Origin: an uncultured virus (IMG/VR IMGVR_UViG_3300042310_000554)
Taxonomy: Duplodnaviria > Heunggongvirae > Uroviricota > Caudoviricetes
IMG/VR virus record: IMGVR_UViG_3300042310_000554
Direction: 5' to 3' (one strand)
DNA length: 20,000 nt
Shown here piece by piece: positions 15,194 through 20,000 of the stretch. The notes beneath the pieces were generated by a model. The model had not been told where the DNA came from, made no database searches, and saw nothing but the letters and a program-made list of their open reading frames with translations. A program made the position numbers and the translations under genes. Positions within the stretch are counted from its first letter, which is position 1, and every line of letters begins with the position of its first letter.

Positions 15194-15686
15194 GTTTTTT
15201 CAGTCGTTTTTTTATCTTTTTTAATACTATTTTATCATTCGCAGCATCTTTTAGTGAATTATATTTAGAGTAGGATTCTTTAGTTAGTTTTAATAACTCA
15301 ATACTTTCTTCATCCGATAAATCAAATAAAATATGACCACAAATTACTTTTGTTATAAATCTATAAGTCGTAACTGTTGTCCAAAATTTCTTTAATCCAA
15401 AATATTTTGTCTTATAAATCTCATCCGCAGAACTATAATCCCACTGCGTATAAACTCTAATATCGGGTTCACCATCTTCAAATTTTAAAGTAAACTCCAT
15501 TATATCGGGACTTATGTGTTCTGATTTGTCATAATTCTCTTTAACTTTAAACCGCTTTGTAACGTATGGTGATGGACTATAACCACCACAATATATGTGA
15601 TTAGCAAAATAACAATTGTGAAAAATATTTTCACCACCAACATTCTTTAATTCTTTGTGAATTAATTCTAAAATTTTTTCTTTCAT
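15183..15686 (-). CDS. Hypothetical protein
   Basis: Tightly packed ORF in the operon. Confidence 0.7.
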   Translation of the reverse strand: MKEKILELIHKELKNVGGENIFHNCYFANHIYCGGYSPSPYVTKRFKVKENYDKSEHISPDIMEFTLKFEDGEPDIRVYTQWDYSSADEIYKTKYFGLKKFWTTVTTYRFITKVICGHILFDLSDEESIELLKLTKESYSKYNSLKDAANDKIVLKKIKKRLKKHGN

Positions 15687-15687
15687 C

Positions 15688-16350
15688 TTATTTTCTTTTT
15701 CGACCTTCGTCTGTTATCATTTCATCTGTGTGATGGTCATTATCCATATTTGATTTAATTTCTCTCAATTTTACAATCTTAATAACATTATCTAATGAGT
15801 ATGGTGCAAAAAACAATGAACCATCAATACCAACATCCATTCTACGACCCTTACCAAAGATTTTACCCGTTGGGAGATGTACATGTCCATGGAGGTGAAT
15901 ATGACCCTTATTTAACCCATCCCAAGAATCTATAGGATAGTGCATTAAAACCAAAGTGTCAAATTTATACATCAATTTTGTGTAATGATTAACACTCGCA
16001 AACAATTCCTGACAATCACCCCGATTGGTCTCAATGTGGTGGTCATGATTACCTAATATAAGGTGAATCTCTTGACACACAATTCTGTCTCTAAAAATTT
16101 TAATATTTTCAAAACCACCAAAACTCCAATCACCAAGATGAATCAAAACATCGTCTTGACCAACAACACTATTTATACCATTTACAATGGCATCATTCAT
16201 TTGACCAATTGAATCAAAATCTCTTGTTTGGTGAATTGGAACACTTCCATCCGGAAGCCTCCATTCTGTTACGCCACGACATATATTCTTATGTCCAAAG
16301 TGTGTATCGGATATAATCCAAACTTTTCTATCGTTATCTATCTTAATCAT
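15688..16350 (-). CDS. Calcineurin-like metallophosphoesterase
   Basis: SDTHFGH, HLGDWS, GNHD, MHYP, HGHVH motifs. Confidence 0.9.
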   Translation of the reverse strand: MIKIDNDRKVWIISDTHFGHKNICRGVTEWRLPDGSVPIHQTRDFDSIGQMNDAIVNGINSVVGQDDVLIHLGDWSFGGFENIKIFRDRIVCQEIHLILGNHDHHIETNRGDCQELFASVNHYTKLMYKFDTLVLMHYPIDSWDGLNKGHIHLHGHVHLPTGKIFGKGRRMDVGIDGSLFFAPYSLDNVIKIVKLREIKSNMDNDHHTDEMITDEGRKRK

Positions 16351-16840
16351 ACTGCAAATCTAATTCTTTTTTTCCAAACCAAAAAGGTTTTTCTCTGTTT
16401 TTCCAAGATGCTAAATTAATTTTAGCCCCCATATAATAATTTCTATAAGATTCCACAACAGAATCCGTTTTAAACTCATCCGGCATTGCCATTGCTGGTT
16501 GAGTAAAACCAATATCCGGGATGTTAGGTCTATTTAAAATACACCATAAAACTACTTCAATTGATTTATGTCGTTTACCATACCTGTGGGTATATTCTTT
16601 ACCCAATTCCAAACCCAATTCACACAAGTACAAATAATTTGATAAACTCTGACGAGCCCACACCGCACATGGGTGATTTTTATGAGATAATTTGTACGGT
16701 ACTTGGTCGTTAACTTGGTCGGTTACGTGATGAACCGAACATAATAACTGAGCCGTTTCCAAAATCATTTTTATAACATGTTTATCAACATGATATTGAG
16801 CCGATAGTTTAGGATTCTCATCCAAGAAAAATATATTCAT
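16343..16840 (-). CDS. denV: Pyrimidine-dimer DNA glycosylase / endonuclease V-like protein
   Basis: MNIFFLD...DKHVIKMILETAQLL, HKNHPCAVW, EYTHRYGKRH, AMPD, YRNYY; start at 16840 by TGATG coupling. Confidence 0.75.
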   Translation of the reverse strand: MNIFFLDENPKLSAQYHVDKHVIKMILETAQLLCSVHHVTDQVNDQVPYKLSHKNHPCAVWARQSLSNYLYLCELGLELGKEYTHRYGKRHKSIEVVLWCILNRPNIPDIGFTQPAMAMPDEFKTDSVVESYRNYYMGAKINLASWKNREKPFWFGKKELDLQYD

Positions 16841-17298
16841 CACACATGTGGTATTTTGACTCTCACACAAGTTTGTGCTTGACCCTCGTTCATATAAAAA
16901 TTATTCAAATAACCCATAATGTTTGCACTTCCAATTGGATTGGCCGAATGAACATATACGGTTGGAAAAACAAACTTATCTGATTTTCTCTCACTTCTTG
17001 TCATATTAAAACGACCCTCGTTTGTATTGTGAAATAATGCTACCAAGAATTTGGATGCGTCATATCCGGTTTTCTCATTAATATTGTTATAATCCAAAGT
17101 ATAATTTGGTGAAACATTATTAAAGTATTCTTTTATTGCTGTGTCACCCAAATCGTGGTCCAAGGAGATTACATCAATATTTTCTAAACCAATTTTGTTA
17201 ACTTCATTAACAAATTCATCGTAATCTCTTACAACAATCCAATCATCTCCGGTTGGAGTTCTTATATCATCGAGATAAATTCTATAGAGTGTTTTCAT
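16840..17298 (-). CDS. Cyclic-phosphate-processing receiver-domain protein
   Basis: IYLDDIRTP, WIVVR, ISLDHDLG, TGYD, HSANPIG motifs. Confidence 0.8.
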   Translation of the reverse strand: MKTLYRIYLDDIRTPTGDDWIVVRDYDEFVNEVNKIGLENIDVISLDHDLGDTAIKEYFNNVSPNYTLDYNNINEKTGYDASKFLVALFHNTNEGRFNMTRSERKSDKFVFPTVYVHSANPIGSANIMGYLNNFYMNEGQAQTCVRVKIPHV

Positions 17299-17315
17299 AT
17301 TATTTAAATTTAAGA

Positions 17316-17323
17316 CAAAGATA
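17316..17323 (-). promoter_or_regulatory. Bacteroidetes -7 element for the RNA-repair operon
   Basis: TATCTTTG 17 nt upstream of ATG 17298; no clear -33 TTTG. Confidence 0.55.
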
Positions 17324-17369
17324 TATATTTTTTTTTAATAAAAAAAACTATTTATACTAAAATAGCAAT

Positions 17370-19466
17370 ATGAGTGGTCAAAAATTAGAAATTAGAAATA
17401 ACGGTAATACAAATATAACAATAAGTTATCAAAATTTTAGTGATTATTTATGGAGAACTGATGTGGTGTTAAAACCTCAACAAACAAAATTTGTATGGTG
17501 TGTTAAAGGAACTTTCACACATTCTTTAGGTAAATTAGATATTATATCAAATATTAATTGGCCAATATCTAACCCAACTATTAAACAAATTAAATGTGTT
17601 TTACCAAATGGATTAACACCTATAATTGTTTTAACATCGGTTATACTTGAAAATCCGTCTGAAGTCATAACATTTGATTTAACTCTTAACTCAATTAATA
17701 ATTGGATAGATTTAAAATCAAATTCAGATTACAATAATAGGAATGAAATAAGAACATACACATCAATTTATAGTTATAATCCTCAACGAATGGTTTTATA
17801 TAATAGAATAAATGGGTGTAAAGCCGTTGATGGATATTATATTACAGATGAATTTATACAGGTGATAAATGGTAATATGTCTATAACATCTATTGATTTT
17901 ACAGTAACTCCAACACCAACCCCAACATTAACACCAACTGAAACACCTACACCCACACCAACTATAACCCCAACCAAAACACCAACCCCAACACCAACAC
18001 CAAGTTTAACCCCAAATTTCATACCTAATTTAAGATTAACTTTTGACACTATTGAGAACATAAATTTATTGGTTGGTGACTCTACCGAAGTATCAAATTG
18101 GAATGATTTTTTTGATTTACCAAATTATGGTGACGCATTTTCATCTGTAACAATTAACGATGTTAATGTTATATTATTTGGTGGTGGTAATCTCACAATA
18201 AAAAATAATTTATTTGAAGGGAATAATTCTTTAATAGAGATTGTTGATGAATTTAATTGTGTTATCAATATAGATGGTTATGGTTTTTCTTCTTGTTTAA
18301 ATCTAACAACAATAAATTTACCAAGCGCTATAAATTGTGGTGAATATTGTTTTAATGATACCCCAAAAGTTGAGGTTATTAATTTACCGAATTTAATTGC
18401 TGCGTCTTCCCATTCATTTAACGGAGAATCAATTCTAACCGAATTATCTTTACCTAATTTAATAAACGCAGGGTCTTATTGTTTTAATTTGTGTAGTAAT
18501 GTAACACATTTTTATTTACCAAATTTAGAATCAATAGAAAATCACGGATTTAATAATTGTATATCAATTACTGATTTATATATTCCATCAATAATATCTT
18601 TAGGTGAAACTTTTGGCGATATATATGATGTTTTTGAGGGTATAACAGGAAATACTATAAATTTAACTGTTTCGTCATATGTTATGACATGTAATGAAAG
18701 TCTCCCAGATAGTGATATTCAATATCTTATAGGTAATAATGATGTAACTATAATAGAAATATTAACACCACCCCTTAAATTAACATTTGATGATATATCT
18801 AATGCAAATACATTAGTTGGGAATGTGTATGATGTTAATGACTGGAACACATTCTTTGATTTACCAACTTATGGTAATCCATTTACTAGGCTAGAGGTGA
18901 GTGATAACACAGTTAGTTTATTTGGAGGTAGTAATATTGATTTAAAAGATAGTTTATTTGTGATTTCAGGGCAAGGTCCTGCATTACAACAAATTAATGA
19001 TAACGCCGGATGTATTATATCAGCCGGATTCAATGTATTTGGATACAACGAAGACAAAGGTGTTGGTTGTTCAAATCTTACAACAGTATATCTACCTGAA
19101 CTATTAAGTGCTGGTGAGTTTTGTTTTGTTTTCAATAGAAATCTTGTAAATGTTTCTATGGATAAAGTTATTTCTATTGGGAATTATTGTTTTAATGGTT
19201 CTAATTTGTTATCAACAATATCTTTACCTGTTGTTCAATCAATAGGTGATGAATCATTTGGTAATACAATTTTAACAACAATAAGTATTCCATCTTGTAT
19301 TAACTTAGGTTCTACAGTTGGGTATAATAGTGTGTTTACTAATTTAACAGGACAAATAATAACATTAACTATCCAAAGTATACTTATGACCTGTAAAGTT
19401 GGACTTCCAGATAGTGATATACAATATCTTATAGATAATAATGATGTAAATATAATTATAACATAA
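17370..19466 (+). CDS. Pro-Thr-linker protein with two tandem BspA-type (LRR_5) leucine-rich-repeat modules
   Basis: Repeats of the form CxNLTTINLP/AGxYCF; PT linker at about 17902-18015; internal duplication. Confidence 0.8.
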   Translation: MSGQKLEIRNNGNTNITISYQNFSDYLWRTDVVLKPQQTKFVWCVKGTFTHSLGKLDIISNINWPISNPTIKQIKCVLPNGLTPIIVLTSVILENPSEVITFDLTLNSINNWIDLKSNSDYNNRNEIRTYTSIYSYNPQRMVLYNRINGCKAVDGYYITDEFIQVINGNMSITSIDFTVTPTPTPTLTPTETPTPTPTITPTKTPTPTPTPSLTPNFIPNLRLTFDTIENINLLVGDSTEVSNWNDFFDLPNYGDAFSSVTINDVNVILFGGGNLTIKNNLFEGNNSLIEIVDEFNCVINIDGYGFSSCLNLTTINLPSAINCGEYCFNDTPKVEVINLPNLIAASSHSFNGESILTELSLPNLINAGSYCFNLCSNVTHFYLPNLESIENHGFNNCISITDLYIPSIISLGETFGDIYDVFEGITGNTINLTVSSYVMTCNESLPDSDIQYLIGNNDVTIIEILTPPLKLTFDDISNANTLVGNVYDVNDWNTFFDLPTYGNPFTRLEVSDNTVSLFGGSNIDLKDSLFVISGQGPALQQINDNAGCIISAGFNVFGYNEDKGVGCSNLTTVYLPELLSAGEFCFVFNRNLVNVSMDKVISIGNYCFNGSNLLSTISLPVVQSIGDESFGNTILTTISIPSCINLGSTVGYNSVFTNLTGQIITLTIQSILMTCKVGLPDSDIQYLIDNNDVNIIIT

Positions 19467-19521
19467 TAAACTCCAACAATATTATATTCATAAAATAATA
19501 CTATTTATAAATTAAAACATT

Positions 19522-20000
19522 ATGAAAGGGCAAAGATTAATAATTAAAAATAATGGAACAACAAAAATTACATTAAAATATCAAAATTTAAGTGATTTTT
19601 TGTTAAGAAATAATGTATCATTAAATCCAAATCAAATTAGACACATATGGTGCGTTAAAGGAACTTTTAGTCACACTTCAGGTAATTTATCAATTATTTC
19701 AGATATTGATTGGCCACCTAAAAAAGTAATTAAAAAACCAATACCCACACCAACACCCACACCAACACGTTCTTCTACACCAATACCCACACAGACACCA
19801 ACACAGACACCAACACAGACGACTACCCCAACTCAAACGCCTACCCCAACTCAAACGCCTACCCCAACACCTATGGCATACACAAATATTGAACTGTTTG
19901 TTAATGAATCATTCGATTATTTCACAATAACTAATGGTGGTTCAAATATTCTTGTTGATTTTGGTGATGATTCAGGTTTAATAAATTTTAGTGGTGGAGC
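19522..20000 (+). CDS. 5' part of a paralogous Pro-Thr-linker protein, runs off the right edge
   Basis: MKGQRLIIKNNGTTKITLKYQNLSDFLLRNNVSLNPNQIRHIWCVKGTFSH aligns with the N-terminus of the previous ORF; long PT/QT linker; frame open to 20000. Confidence 0.85.
   Translation, partial: MKGQRLIIKNNGTTKITLKYQNLSDFLLRNNVSLNPNQIRHIWCVKGTFSHTSGNLSIISDIDWPPKKVIKKPIPTPTPTPTRSSTPIPTQTPTQTPTQTTTPTQTPTPTQTPTPTPMAYTNIELFVNESFDYFTITNGGSNILVDFGDDSGLINFSGG

Noticed and set aside
4427..19135. Other short opposite-strand ORFs (4427, 5938, 9744, 10088, 14462, 16228, 17477, 17837, 18869)
   Set aside because: All lie antisense to well-supported genes; the GV-repeat ORF is the reverse of a PT linker
19740..19872. 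Tandem nucleotide repeats (also near 12400-12460, 17900-18015 and 9260-9297) as CRISPR or VNTR
   Set aside because: In-frame coding repeats (PT linkers, KDPKT) with no repeat-spacer structure
1..20000. Stop-codon reassignment as seen in some large phages
   Set aside because: Genes are full-length under code 11; TAG ends smpB and TGA ends several coupled genes

Overview
AT-rich, gene-dense 20 kb segment most consistent with a large (jumbo/huge) phage infecting a Bacteroidetes host. The host inference rests on repeated TTTG-N19/20-TAnnTTTG promoters and a Bacteroidetes-type lipoprotein; the standard genetic code fits. Left part: KTSC protein, ClpC-like ATPase without an N-domain, M20/M28 peptidase, a complete tmRNA with an unusually long 22-aa tag, and SmpB, together forming a ribosome-rescue and degradation module. 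Centre (6550-8311, minus strand): an RNA island with a ~900-nt highly structured, ORF-free transcript that has its own promoter and terminator (GOLLD-like or new), two circularly permuted tRNA mimics with the YrlA/Y-RNA topology, a tRNA-like gene with a hairpin inserted in the D-loop and an aberrant anticodon loop, and a tRNA-like RNA with two T-loops. Right part: M23-like and M15-like proteins, Pro/Thr-linker modular surface or virion proteins, a TM+GAF-like protein, and an RNA end-healing/sealing operon (Rnl1, P-loop kinase, metallophosphoesterase, cyclic-phosphate receiver domain) with a DenV-like glycosylase. All calls come from reading the sequence; no database searches or folding programs were run.
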